Made by a program: the position numbers and the translations under genes. From Macrostomum lignano (taxonomy: Eukaryota), in contig NIVC01001519.1 of assembly GCA_002269645.1 (NCBI GenBank), forward strand, positions 124,001 to 188,000: a stretch of 64,000 nt of DNA. The letters are read 5' to 3'. Shown here one piece after another: positions 48,901 through 61,630 of the stretch (the first letter of the stretch is position 1; each line of letters starts with the position of its first letter). A model generated the notes under the pieces. That model searched no databases, was not told the origin of the DNA, and worked only from the letters and a program-made list of their open reading frames with translations.

Positions 48901-51900
48901 CGAGGCCAAGGTTGAATGGATGATGAAGCACTGGCGAGATGATCCGTGCTATGCCAGGTATCGGCATGCGTGCTTATTTGCTTCATTGTAGGATTCATAA
49001 AAGTACATAAAAGTATAAGTATGAAAATATTTGATTAGATATTGAAAATCCTTGAGATTAGATATTGAAAATCCTTGAGATTAGATATTGAAAATCGTCA
49101 GATTTGATATTAATAGTCATAAGATTAGATATTGAAAATCACGAAATTAGGAATTGAAAATCGTGAGATTAAATATTGATAGTCATGAGATTAGATATAA
49201 AAAATCGCGAGATTAGATATTGAAAAATCGCGAGATTAGATATTGAAAATCGCAAGATTAGATATTGAAAAGTCGCGAGATTAGATATTGAAAAATCGCG
49301 AGATTAGATATTGAAAATCGCAAGATTAGATATTGAAAAGTCGCGAGATTAGATATTGAAAAGTCGCGAGATTAGATATTGAAAGTCGCGAGACTAGATA
49401 TTGAAAGTCGCGAGACTAGATATTGAAAGTCGCGAGACTAGATATTAAAAATCGCGAGATTAGATATTGACCATCGTGAGATTAAGTATTGAAAGTCGCG
49501 AGATTAGATATTGAAAAGTCGCGAGATTAGATATTGAAAGTCGCGAGACTAGATATTGAAAGTCGCGAGACTAGATATTAAAAATCGCGAGATTAGATAT
49601 TGAAAATCGCAAGATTAGATATTGAAAAGTCGCGAGATTAGATATTGAAAAGTCGCGAGATTAGATATTGAAAGTCGCGAGACTAGATATTGAAAGTCGC
49701 GAGACTAGATATTGAAAGTCGCGAGACTAGATATTAAAAATCGCGAGATTAGATATTGACCATCGTGAGATTAAGTATTGAAAGTCGCGAGATTAGATAT
49801 TGAAAAGTCGCGAGATTAGATATTGAAAGTCGCGAGACTAGATATTGAAAGTCGCGAGACTAGATATTAAAAATCGCGAGACTAGATATTAAAAATCGCG
49901 AGATTAGATATTGACCATCGTGAGATTAGGTATTGAAAGTCGCGAGATTAGATATTGAAAAACGCGAGATTAGATGTTTAAAGTCGCGAGATTAGATATT
50001 GAAAAAAGCGAGATTAGATATTGAAAGTTGCGAGATTAGATACTGAAAAAAGTCGCGAGATTAGATATTGAAAAACGCGAGATTAGATATTAAAACTCGC
50101 GAGATTAGATATTGAAAATCGAGAGATTAGATATTGAAAAGCACGAGATTGGATAAGAAATGCCATGTTCCACATCAACCAATCGCAGACACGGAGTGGA
50201 CGGCAGCGAGTGCAGCATGAAAATCTTTCTCAGCGAAGTAGAAGAATTCTGCCCGATTCTGCCATTCCGTCAGCATCTGCTCCGTCAGAACGAGAGCGTC
50301 GCCTGGGTCAACCGGCGCCAGCAGCTAGACAATGGCGCCGTGGCTCGAGAGAGCGCCAGGTTGAGCCTGTTAGAGCAGCTGGCTGGCGCTCCCGGTCTTC
50401 GAGAGCGCGTCAATCAGCTCTGGCAGTCGCTGGCCAGTGCGGCAGTCGAAGGCGGCTGGCCGGATCGTTGGCCGCGGCGTCGAGTCCTGGCCCACGTTGG
50501 CTATCTGAGCCAGCCGCAGCACTGGCCGCCTGCAGAGGCCGCTCAGTGGGCGGATCTTCTAGCCGGCGTCGGGCTGCTGGGACACCGGCTGACTGTCAGC
50601 ATTGATGGTGTCGGCCTGCGTCGCCAGCTGTTGAAATTGAATTACGCCAAGACAGAGTGTCAGGGCAAGAGGGACTCGGTTATCACTCATCTGGTGACGG
50701 ATCTGGTTGGCATTTTGCAGGTGTGGTTGCCGTGTATGCTGATTGACACTAAAGCAGACAGACATACAATTAATACTCCAAGATAGTCAGGCTCTATGAC
50801 TCTAAAACCGACAGACAGACACTAGGACACTAAGACAGACTGACAGACAGACAAACAGGCAGACAGACAGACATACATACAGACAGACAGACAGACAGAC
50901 ACAAGACAGACAGACAGACAGACACAGACAGATTCAACCCGCCTCGCCACCGCCGCCAGGTCCGCTCCGTCCTGGGCAAAAGCTTCGCCAGGTTTGCCTG
51001 TCTCTATCGAATCTTAGCTCCGTTCGGCGTCGAGCCGAAGTTCAACGATCAATCCTTTTCATCTAGCAACGAATTGAATACGCCAGTCAGCGGACTGGAC
51101 CTCAGTCCAATGCAGTACCTCAGCTGGTTGCCATTCACGCTGGAGAATTTTTATCTCGGCTTGGCCCTGCCGCCGCCTGCATTGCCAAATATGACAAACT
51201 TGCCTAGCAGAGTCGAATTGTTCATATTCGGTTTCGGCAATTCCGTATGGAAAGACGCCGCATTCTATCTGGCCGAGTTGCGCAAGCATTTCCGCCGGAT
51301 TCACACGGCTGTAAGTCCCGAACAGCACCCGGATGTGCCGGCCTACGTTGTCAATCACGGCTTGCTGAACTATACCCAGTACAGGGGCCTGCTTATGTCT
51401 ATGGTATCTAACGGCGGTGGCATCTTTGTCGGCCTGGGATTTCCCTACGAGCATCCGGCACCGTTGGAGGCCGCGTCTCTCGGACTGCCGTTTTTGAATC
51501 TTCGATTTAAACCGCCGCTAGACCGTACCAATTCGGATTACCTGCGAGAGATACCCGTTTCTAGGAAACTGCGCTCTCAGGTATTGATTTTCTGGCATTA
51601 AAGGATTTTCCAAACCAAGTTGCTAGGTCGCCCTCCTAGATTTTCAGTTGCTGGGCCACCAGGCTCCCAGATCCTCAGTTGCTGGGCCACCAGGCTCCCA
51701 GATCCTCAGTTGCTGGTTCACCAGCCTCCCAGATCCTCAGTTGCTGGTTCACCAGCCTCCCAGATCCTCAGTTGCTGGGCCAGCCTCCCAGATCCTCAGT
51801 TGCTGGTTCACCAGCCTCCCAGATCCTCAGTTGCTGGGCCAGCCTCCCAGATCCTCAGTTGCTGTGCCAGCCTCCCAGATCCTCAGTTGCTGGGCCAGCC

Positions 51901-52704
51901 TCCCAGATCCTCAGTTGCTGGGCCAGCCTCCCAGATCCTCAGTTGCTGGTTCACCAGCCTCCCAGATCCTCAGTTGCTGGGCCACCAGCCCCCCAGAGTG
52001 TCAGTTGCTGGGCCAGCCTTCTAAGTCTTCAGCAGTAGCCCACCAACACGGACTCAACATGAATTGCTCACAATCGCCCCCCGCTCGCCCAGGATCCCTA
52101 TCTAGAGTCGCTAGGCGAGCCGGCCTCCTTCCTGGTGGACCTGGAGGCCAAACACCTGATCCCAGCCACCCTGGCCCGTGCAGCCGCGGCAGCCGCCGCC
52201 GCCTCCGCCAACGTGAGCTCCAGCGTGCCAAAAGATTTCACGCCGGCCGCCTATCTGGCCCGAGTTCGAGCCCTCTTCTCGGCGCCGTCTCTTTGCCGTG
52301 TGGCGCCACTCGACGATTTGTCAACTTCCAGCTGGGCCGCCGTCAGAAATTCCACCGACGTTGCCACTGCTGCCGCAGCCGCCGCTGCCGCAGCCTCGGC
52401 TTACTCTGGCGGAGCCGATGTACTGTTCTACTTGGGCATCGAAGGCCGCTCATGCTCGGAGACCTGCCTATCCGCGTCTAAACGATCCGTTTGCGCTCCG
52501 GATCAGATGCGGGTGATCAATAGGCGATTAGAACTGCAGGAGAGAGGCATCCGGTGTAAACGGATCCGATACGATAATAGCCTTGTATTCCCAGCAATCT
52601 CCAAGCCCGGACATTGTCATTTCTTGTCGCACGAGCGACTGTTCTCGTGCGACGAACGCTTGAACGGCTACAGCCGGCTGTGCCCGTGCAGGCGGCTTGC
52701 CTGA
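45955..52704 (+). CDS. MGAT5: Alpha-1,6-mannosylglycoprotein 6-beta-N-acetylglucosaminyltransferase (GnT-V, GT18), ~819 aa
   Basis: Exons 45955-46190, 47118-47322, 48704-48957, 50189-50720, 50960-51580, 52093-52704; N-terminal TM; YPDCEAKVEWMMKHW..DPCYA.HGVDGSECS...YLSEVE-like; FVGLGFPYEHPAPLEAASLG; GRSCSETC..CDERLNGYSRLCPCR. Confidence 0.93.
46215..47110. repeat. 22-25 bp C-rich minisatellite (CCCCTACCCACCTGAGGAATTG), MGAT5 intron 1
   Basis: Direct sequence. Confidence 0.96.
47345..48627 (+). repeat. CCAGATCCTCAGTTGCT-family minisatellite (locus 3; ~27-bp unit ending AAGCCTCCATC), MGAT5 intron 2
   Basis: Direct sequence. Confidence 0.96.
49030..50155. repeat. 22-23 bp minisatellite (GAGATTAGATATTGAAAAGTCGC) with block duplications, MGAT5 intron 3
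   Basis: Direct sequence. Confidence 0.96.
50810..50932. repeat. AGAC microsatellite, MGAT5 intron 4
   Basis: Direct sequence. Confidence 0.9.
51620..52020 (+). repeat. CCAGATCCTCAGTTGCT-family minisatellite (locus 4), MGAT5 intron 5
   Basis: Direct sequence. Confidence 0.95.
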
Positions 52705-52773
52705 CTGTACTAATTTTTTTAATAGTAGCAGTAAGTGTTGTTTGTTAAAATGCACAGTTTAACACCTATAGAA

Positions 52774-52832
52774 AAAGGATAGGTTTGGGCCATAGACAAT
52801 TCGCAACTTTGTGACTGTCTATGGCCCAAACC
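52774..52832. repeat. Short inverted repeat (AGGTTTGGGCCATAGACA / TGTCTATGGCCCAAACCT), possible mini-MITE
   Basis: 18-bp perfect arms around a ~15-nt spacer. Confidence 0.6.
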
Positions 52833-53579
52833 TTTTTTTTCTACACAGGCTTTCAACTTTAACTTCGGATTTCCATTTTCTGTCGCGCGCACGAAAAATT
52901 CGCGTTTCTCTACTCGTTATTCAGTAGAAAAACAAGCATTTTTTGTCTTTTTTTTCAATTGAATTAAAGAAATTATCTGAATTGAAAAAATGAGTAGGCA
53001 ATCCATGTTTTGATTTGTAAAATTTTGTTAGTATTTAATTGCTTTTGTCAACTTCTAGAAATAGCATTCATTTTTGATACATACTACTCGACGCTTAGTT
53101 AACTATGGACAGTTTTATGCTGCTAAATAAGTTTCTTACGATACATGTCGTTAAATTGTAAACTAATCAGGGCTGGAAAAGGAATCGATTAAAGTGGCAT
53201 GTTATGTTTTATTTTACGTTTTTTATGCAGGCCTCCTATATGTGTTTTTCACTTATTGTAATTGTTCGAAGTCAGCAGACTTTTCCTTTTCTAACACTAG
53301 CAGCCTATCAGTGTCTGTCTTACCTGTGATGGTTCAAATCCTCACATTGTTATTTTTTAATTAATCTATCATCTGGATTGCCATTATATTATGTGTAATT
53401 GCGAGCGCATTAAGAATGTGTATTATTTTATTAATACGGTGCCTAATTAGAACCTCGCGCCACCTTGCCTTCTGTATCGAATTTTTCTGCTTTTTTTCTT
53501 CTGTTTGTGTAAATTATAAACTTATGCTATCTTGTCTGTCTTCGCTACTTAAAGTAGTCTGCTTTAATTTATTGCTTTT

Positions 53580-54380
53580 TAGGGAAATCTCTGGGTAGAA
53601 ACCTCTGGACCAGGCGGGCCTCTCAAAATCTCTGGGTAGAAACCGGTGGACCTCTCAAAATCTCAGGGTAAAATTCGGTGGGCCTCTCAAAATCTCAGAG
53701 TAGAAACCGGTAGGCCTCTGAAAATCTCAGGGTAGAAACCGATGGGCCTCTCATAATCTCAGGATAGAAACCAGTAGGCCTCTCAAAATCTCAGGATAGA
53801 AACCGGTGTGCCTCTTAAAATCTCAGGGTAGAAGCCGGTGGGCCTCTCAAAATCTCAGGATAGAAACCGGTGTGCCTCTTAAAATCTCAGGGTAGAAGCC
53901 GATTGACTTCTCAAAATCTGAGGGAAAAAACCAGTGGACCTCTCAAAATCTCAGGTTAGAATTCGATGGGCCTCTCATAATCTCAGGATACAAACCAGTA
54001 GGCTTCTCAAAATCTCAGGATAGAAACCGGTAGGCCTCTCAAAATCTCAGGGTAGAAACCGGTAGGCCTCTCAAAATCTCAGGGTAGAAACCGGTAGGCC
54101 TCTCATAATCTCAGGATAGAAACCGGTGTGCCTCTCAAAATCTCAGGATAGAAACCGGTAGGCCTCTCAAAATCTCAGTGTAGAAACCAGTAGGCTTCTC
54201 AAAATCTCAGGATAGAAACCGGTGGGCCTCTCAAAATCTCAGGATAGAAACCGGTGGGCCTCTCAAAATCTCAGGATAGAAACCGGTGGGCCTCTCAAAA
54301 TCTTAGAGTAGAAACCGGTTGACTTCTCAAAATCTTAGGGTAGAAACCAGTAGGCCTTCTAAAATTTCAGGATAGAATTT
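53580..54380. repeat. 32-bp minisatellite (CTCTCAAAATCTCAGGATAGAAACCGGTGGGC), ~25 copies, upstream of RPL35A
   Basis: Direct sequence. Confidence 0.95.
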
Positions 54381-54491
54381 GAGACAGGTTTTCGCAGCAT
54401 CAATCTCATGCGCAGGGCAAAGCCGGCCAAATTACTTAAATCCTGGTCCTACACTCCCTGTTTCCAGCTAGCAGACCCCAGCCACTAAAAG

Positions 54492-54881
54492 ATGTCGAAT
54501 CCAGCAGCCGAATCGGGCAGTCAGCAGAAGCTGCAGCTGCGATCACCTGGCCGCATGTACGTCAAGGCCGTGTTCACCGGTTATAAGCGCGGCCTGCGGA
54601 ACCAGCACGAAAACACCGCCCTGCTGCGTATTGAAGGCGTTGAGAAACGCCAGGAGGTGGACTTCTACCTGGGCAAACGCTGTGCCTACGTCTACAAAGG
54701 CAAGCGTCTGACTTCGGTGCCCGGCAAAGGCAAGGAGAAGTCGCGAGTTCGCGTCATCTGGGGCCGGGTAACCCGGCCGCACGGCAACTCCGGAGCTGTC
54801 CGAGCCAAGTTCAGCACCAACCTGCCGCCGGCGGCGATGGGCAAGCGCGTCCGAGTCATGCTGTACCCGTCTCGTATCTAA
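54492..54881 (+). CDS. RPL35A: 60S ribosomal protein L35a (eL33), intronless CDS
   Basis: [31 protein letters not shown]...[12 protein letters not shown]...[39 protein letters not shown]; AATAAA at ~54998. Confidence 0.97.
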   Translation: MSNPAAESGSQQKLQLRSPGRMYVKAVFTGYKRGLRNQHENTALLRIEGVEKRQEVDFYLGKRCAYVYKGKRLTSVPGKGKEKSRVRVIWGRVTRPHGNSGAVRAKFSTNLPPAAMGKRVRVMLYPSRI

Positions 54882-55688
54882 TCGATGGTTAGCGGCATGT
54901 GTTGCGACTGATATCAAACATTGAGTTAGGCTTTACAGTTTGAATGCTCCGTGTTTGAAGCGATCTGTTTTCATCTTGTCAATGACGCGATTCGACAAAT
55001 AAAACTAAGTAAAATGAATGAGCCTTGCAGGCGCTCTGTGGAAGAAAAAAAGAATTTTTGAACAGAAATAATCTGAATTGTTCGTTGTTTTTTTACATTG
55101 TAACACGAGCTACTAATATGGGATTCAAACTCAAGTTTAGTAATGTTTGGGCATCAACCTTGTGCCGTTGTGCGCGTCCCCTGCCCGGCCACCCTACCCC
55201 GTCATTTCATTTCCGTACCTTCTGGCTCTGCCCCCGCCAGCCAGGCTCCCTCCCTCCCTGTTTTCCTGCCCCCCGTCGGCGCCCGCCTGGGCCGGGGGGG
55301 GGGGGGTTTGAAAGCTTTTATTAGGCCTCTACATGGCTTGGGGGTGGGCGTCCCTTCTCTACCCCTGCCCCTGCGCTAAGTTCTCCCGTCTACCCAGTAG
55401 CGGGCGCTGATTGGTCAGTTTTTTCTCGTCAACCCCCGCTCCCGACGCACCCACAGTCGTTTGGCCCCCCGCCTCCGTCCGTTCGTTTCGCTTAATCTCA
55501 CTTAGCTTACTTGATTATCTTATCTCACTCAGTCGTGTGCGTTTTTCTTATCTGTTTTTTTAACTGGTTAGCTGGCGACAATCACACCGATCAAAATTGA
55601 TAACGGAACGGAGTGTAGTGGAGAACTGCGAAACAGTAATAGTTTGATTTCCATTCCACCCAGGTGGAAAAGTCGCGTAGCTAAGATC

Positions 55689-56396
55689 TAGGGGTCACAA
55701 AATCCCGGGATCCCGGGATTTGACGTTTCCTGACATTATCCCGGGATTGATATTTTTCCAGTACCATCCTTGTCGTAACATTGTTATTATGTTATAACAA
55801 CGCTGCGAATTACTTTTTTTATCACGTGACTAACGTAAGAACATTTGCAAGTTGCAAGTAAAAATAAGCAAACACTATGCAAAGCAATATAAATGTATAT
55901 AAATGTATTACATACTATGTAGTAGCACTAGCAGTATGCACATTGCAAAACGAATGCACATGACTCGTGGACGTGGTCGTGGAGTCGTTGGCCCGTGGCA
56001 TGAGGCACACTCACAATCACAAGGAGTCACAAGGACTCACAGTCACAACACAAGTCACAACCTACTACCGCCTGGGCATTCACGTTGTCACTTGTCAGTC
56101 TGGAGTCTGGACTCACGACTATGAGTTCAAACTTTAAAATCAAATCTCAACGTTAAATGATTTAAACAAGACTCAACTCAAACAAAATTAAAGACCTTAC
56201 TCGTACAAAGTTGGCAACGGAGAATGGACATGTATGCGTGTATGTTCCATATTTGAACTAACTGCCATTTTATGATAAAATACTTGCTTATATCAGACAT
56301 TATAAAAACATAGCATTAACGTTCCGGGATTGAATCCCGACCCTGTGAATCCCGGGATCCCGGAAAAAGCGCTAAATCCCGGGATTGTGACCCCTA
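55689..56396. mobile_element. hAT-type MITE with ATCCCGGGAT subterminal palindromes
   Basis: TIR TAGGGGTCACAA(A)ATCCCGGGA / TCCCGGGATTGTGACCCCTA; 8-bp TSD CTAAGATC / CTCAGATC. Confidence 0.85.
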
Positions 56397-56826
56397 CTCA
56401 GATCGTAATCAATCCTAATGGAGACCTATTCCATTAGAATGAAAGCCTATGTAGATTGGTTTCCAAAAGAGTTTAAATAGCTCGTACGATTTAAAAATCA
56501 AGAAACCTAGCTCTCTAGCTGGTAGACCAATCCACCATCTCGAGCTTCCGTCCAAGTCTTGTTGAAGGCCTGGAGGTTGGCGCCAAGCTTTGCATGTTTA
56601 TTACAGCCGATTCTTGTACACTACATTGTGTAAATGCAATAAAATTTAACTACGAGTATAACGTGCCATAGACATTAAAGTTTGATAAAATCAGTGCTAT
56701 ATTTATAAACTACTCGTAAATGTAAGCTACACAATTAACATATCATTGTATTGAAAACCTTCGATCTTGAACTGCTATACTAAGTACCTTAGCTAATACG
56801 TTAGCACACGAATACAAGCATCCCAT

Positions 56827-59800
56827 ATGATCTTCGAATCCCTGCTGACGCACTGCTGGCTCTTCTTTGCACCGAGAGCACTGCGCAACGTCTTTAATCG
56901 TCTTCTTCGACTCACCTGGCCTTGCCAAACCTACCGCGGTTTCATGCCGTCTGGCGCCGCCATTTTTAGCAATTTTGGCAGAGCAAATTCGTCCAATAAA
57001 TTGAACCAATCTAGCGACCCAATGATCTGCCTGTTTCTCAACTATTCGCCAATCAACACAGTGTTCGATTGGTGCTATGCACGAGACGACGACGGCGGAA
57101 TCGAGAACGTCTATATCGGCACCCTGCTGTTTAACGGCAATCGGATTGGGCTGGTGGTTAAGAAGCTGACTCGGTGTGGACCTGGACCCGGGGATTCTCC
57201 TGAGGATCAGGTGAGCGCATTGTATTGTATTGTAGTTTCCTGCAAGCTGCTAAACTGTTGTTGCAGTGGGAGCAGGGGCGTCGCCATGGATTTTATGGTG
57301 GGGGGGACAAAGCCAAGAATTCTACATGTACATGTACATTATTTTCTGAATCAGTGTTGTCAGCGCTCATTTTAGCGCCGCAGGCACTCATTTTAGCGCC
57401 GCAGGCACTCATTTTAGCGCCGCAGGCACTCATTTTAGCGCCGCAGGCACTCATTTTAGCGTGATCATGCATGAGGTTGGGTGGGCGGACAAAGCATTGG
57501 CATGTCCCCCAACAACTTTTACTTGGGTGAGGGGGGACATGTACCCCCTGTCCCCCCCCCCCGGTGGCGACGCCCCTGAGTCGGAGATTGCTTTCTTCAA
57601 TGCAGACCTCTGGGAATGCCTGTTGCACATTTTGTTACACATTCATCAAGCTAGGAAAGTTTAAATAGATTCATGATACCAATGTGTCGAGCTGTACCAT
57701 TTTCATCATTTTTAGGCTGGGTAAATGTAAGATTGTAGGTAGGATATAAAGTTAACAAAGAATCATAATTTTCTGAACGAAAACTTCATAAATATCAATA
57801 GAGCTATAATAAAGACCAGACATACCAAAAAGTGAACACTGGGTCTGCCTTCTATCAAACGCAATATAGCAATTTTTGTACTGAAAAATGAAAATCTCCT
57901 ATCTCCGTAATGGATTTTCTTAGTACAACCTGCCTTCTAGAATTTTCTAAGAAGCGTAGTTTTCCCTCCTTCGACTTGAGTCATCCTTACTTTATGATTG
58001 TGAAACCTCGTGGCCTAAGCTAGCTGATCACGTGACTTTGTCAAGGGCTTATGGAAAGGAGTGTCAGGACGTACATGTGCAAGCACTCTGCATGAATCAC
58101 GTGGCCAAAAGAGAGAGCCGTCAATCTACATGTACTTTTAACTGTAAAGATCACGTGACCGAATAAGAATTGACAACGTACAATAAGATGTCGGCCTAGA
58201 TTATGTAACTTAAGAGGGTTGATGACGCGTACAACCCTCAGCCTGAATCACGTGACTAATGTGGGGTTGATCGGATGTGCAAGCCTGCGGGCTAGATCAC
58301 GTGACCAATGAAGTTGATTGGATGTGCAGGCCTGCGGCCTAGATCATATGACCAATGAGGGTTGATTGGATGTGTAGGCCTGCGGCCTAGATCATGTGAC
58401 CAATGAGGGTTGATTGGATGTGCAGTCTTGCGGCCTAGATCATGTGACCAATGAGGGTTGATTGGATGTGCAGTCTTGCGGCCTAGATCACGTGGACCAG
58501 AAAGGTCTAGAACACAATTCTGTTTACTTACCAGAGGGTCGAATATGTGTTGTAAGTTCTCGGCCAGGATCAAGCCAGGACCAAGCCCGCCCCTTCCCCC
58601 GCCTCACGCCCACCTCAGGTGCTCACAAAGTATCGCACCAGCCGGTTGGCTCGTTTCGACCGCATCCGCGAGGACCAATTCTCCTGCCTGTTCGAGCTGC
58701 GCGTGTGCAGCTGCGGCACCAGATTCCTAATCCGGGGCGTAGCCAATCTTCACCAGCCCGACAATCATTTCATATTCGTCATTGATGCCCAGTTAAGGCC
58801 GTTGAACCTCCTATTCTATCACAACTCCGTGGTTCCGGACTACGATCCGTTCGGCGACTCGATTTTCATGCCGCAGAAACTGGCCCCGGCGCCGGCCTTT
58901 GCCCTGCTGTGGCTGCATCCAGTCAGCTTTCGAGAGCTGTCAAGGACGGCTTTCCCAGCGACGACGACAGTGACAGTTGCTGTTGAAACTCCAACCGAAA
59001 GATTTTTCAGTGTGCAGGTGATGATACGCCTAAATCTGGAGGCACACGTCTGACTCTCGTACTATTAACCTCTGGCCACATAGTTTTGGGGCTTTTGTGC
59101 ACGAGAATTGTGTGAGGAAGCTTGTGCCGGGGTTGTCCTGCGATTTACAGCCATGAGTGCCAGCCCCCAAGGCACAGAGAGTGTACATGCCATACCAGGA
59201 ACAGGGCGCCACTAAGAGACAGGGGCGCCCACCAAAGAGACAGAGACGCCCACCAAGAGACAGGGACGCTCACCAAAGAGACAGGGACGCCCACCAAGAG
59301 ACAGGGACGCCCACCAAGAGGCAGGGACGCCTACCAAAGAGACAAGGGCACTCACCAAGAGACAGGGACGCTCACCAAAGAGACAGGGACACCCAGCCAG
59401 AGACAGTGGCGCCTACCTAGAGACAGGGACGCCCACCAAGAGACAGGGGTGCCCAAACTAAAGAGACGGGCGTCCAATGCGCTATCGCTTGATTAAAACA
59501 GAATCTGATTGCCACAAAACAGGCGAAAGTCGGCCGCACATTCAGCATCGCTCTGGTCAGCGTGTACATGGCCGAGCAAGCCCGCATGGACTACTTGCTG
59601 AAGGTCTACCATCGGGCCAGTCGCCAAATTGTCTGCCAGACAAACTTCTTCGAGTCCGGTTTCTCATTCTATCGGTTCCTAGTTCAGGACGAGTACATCA
59701 TGTTCTTCTCGCTGATGGCCCACCTCAAGCGGTACAGAATCGTGCCGGAGCCGGAGGAGGCTGCAGACGCTTACCGCATCGAACCCTGCCTGCCGCAGGA

Positions 59801-60053
59801 GCTCCGGTCCTGCGTTGGCAGCCGCGCGCCCAGCCTGTGGCCGCACAAAGACTGCCAGCACAACAATTTCGTTATGGAGCTGTTCGCTTGGACGCTTCAA
59901 CGAGAAGAGTTCAACCTGCGCGGCATCCTCTGCTGCAGTCTGGCCGCCTACGAACGCTGTGCCTTTCCGGACGAGCGCGTCCTGGCCCGCATGCTGCAGG
60001 TCTGCGCCGACGATCCCGGTGACAATGTCATCGTGTCCTGCCCGCTGCGCTAA
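56827..60053 (+). CDS. Hypothetical protein (~437 aa), no family recognised
   Basis: Exons 56827-57210, 58619-59017, 59523-60053, all phase 0 with GT-AG and open frame, GC-rich coding-like codon use. Confidence 0.75.
57273..57578. mobile_element. hAT-type MITE with internal 21-bp tandem repeat (CTCATTTTAGCGCCGCAGGCA x~4.5)
   Basis: TIR CAGGGGCGTCGCCA / TGGCGACGCCCCTG; 8-bp TSD AGTGGGAG / AGTCGGAG; subterminal GGGGGACAAAGCCAAGAATTC also at ~4865-4890. Confidence 0.85.
58250..58495. repeat. ~45-bp tandem repeat containing E-box-like TCACGTGAC and CCAAT/ATTGG motifs
   Basis: Direct sequence, intron 1 of the hypothetical gene. Confidence 0.85.
59210..59465. repeat. 21-23 bp minisatellite (AGAGACAGGGACGCCCACCA), intron 2 of the hypothetical gene
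   Basis: Direct sequence. Confidence 0.9.
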
Positions 60054-60064
60054 TGCTGCTGGGA

Positions 60065-61110
60065 CCGTCTGCCCCTCCACCTCTCTCACTCTGTCTCCAC
60101 CCCTCTTTCTCTCACCTCTCTTTCCCTCTCTGTCTCTCCTGTCTTCATCTCTCTCTTCTCTACCCTCTATCTTCCCCTATCTCCCCTCTATCTCCCCTCT
60201 ATCTCCCCTCTATCTCCCCATCTATCTCCCCCTCTATCTCCCCATCTATCTCCCCATCTATCTTCCTCTCTATCTTCTCTCTATCTCTCTTCTATCTCCC
60301 CATCTATCTCCCCTCTATCTCCCCATATATCTCCCCATCTATCTCCCCTCTATCTCCCCTCTATCTCCCCATCTATCTCCCCATCTACCTCTCCATCTAT
60401 CTCCCCCTCTATCTTCCTCTCTATCTTCTCTCTATCTCCCCTCTATCTCCCCATCTATCTCTCCTCTATCTCCCCATCTATCTCCCCATCTATCTTCCTC
60501 TCTATCTTCTCTCTATCTCCCCTCTATCTCCCCATCTATCTCTCCTCTATCTCCCCATCTATCTCCCCATCTATCTTCCTCTCTATCTTCTCTCTATCTC
60601 CCCTCTATCTCCCCATCTATCTCCCCTCTATCTCCCCATCTATCTCCCCATCTATCTCCCCATCTATCTCCCCATCTATCTCCCCATCTATCTCCCCATC
60701 TATCTCCCCCTCTATCTTCCTCTCTGTCTTCTCTCTATTTCCCCTCTATCTCCCCTCTATCTCTTCTCTAGCTCCTCCTATCTCCCCCTCTATATCCCTC
60801 TCTATCTCCTTTCCATCTCACCCTTCTATCTCCCCCTCAATCTCCCTCTCTATCTCCCCCTTTATCTTCCACTCTATCTCCCTTCTATCTCCCCCTCTAT
60901 CTTCCCTCTCTATCTCCCCTCTATCTCCCCCTCTATCTTCCCTCTCTATCTCCCCTCTATCTTCCACTCTATCTCCCCTCTATCTCCCCATCTATCTCCC
61001 TCTCTTTCTTCCCCTCTATCTCCCCCTCTTTCCCCCCTCTATATCCCTATCTATCTCCCCTCCATCTCGTCCTCGCTCTCTTCCTCTACCTCCCTTCCCT
61101 CACCTCTCCC
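60065..61110. repeat. Pyrimidine-rich CTATCTCCCC low-complexity array directly after the stop codon
   Basis: Direct sequence; source of artefact ORFs 59815..60771 and 60053..61156. Confidence 0.95.
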
Positions 61111-61630
61111 TATCTTATATCGAGTACCTGTCTCCCTGTGCGTTAAGATCGCGTAGGAAAATAATTAGGTTTTTACAGCATCGATTGTTGTGACTCATGA
61201 CTGCGCGAACCGTTGCTCCAGACAAGATATTTGTAGCTGCAAAACACAAATTTGTGATAGGATTGAAAAATTAAATTTTATTCAAAAAAGAATAGCTCAA
61301 AATACTTTTGCGTTATGACAGTTTTTTATTTCTCAAAGCTACACAGGATTAATAACTTCGTACAGACCAAAATTGAAGATTTCAAGGCATTTTTAAAATA
61401 CGCAGGTACGAAACGTAAAAACGTGCTGATGCGTGTTTTAACTGACACGCGAGGCTGGCTGCACACTTTGAGTATGAGTGCATGAGTAGCTATATTATTG
61501 TTCGTCTGTCTACGAACATTCTCTCGTCCCGTCAGGCCACAATGAACAATAGGGCTTTTTAACGCTCATATGCATAGATATATACATCTGTACAGAGCTA
61601 GCTCAACTCAAGACATCAAGACATAAGGAA

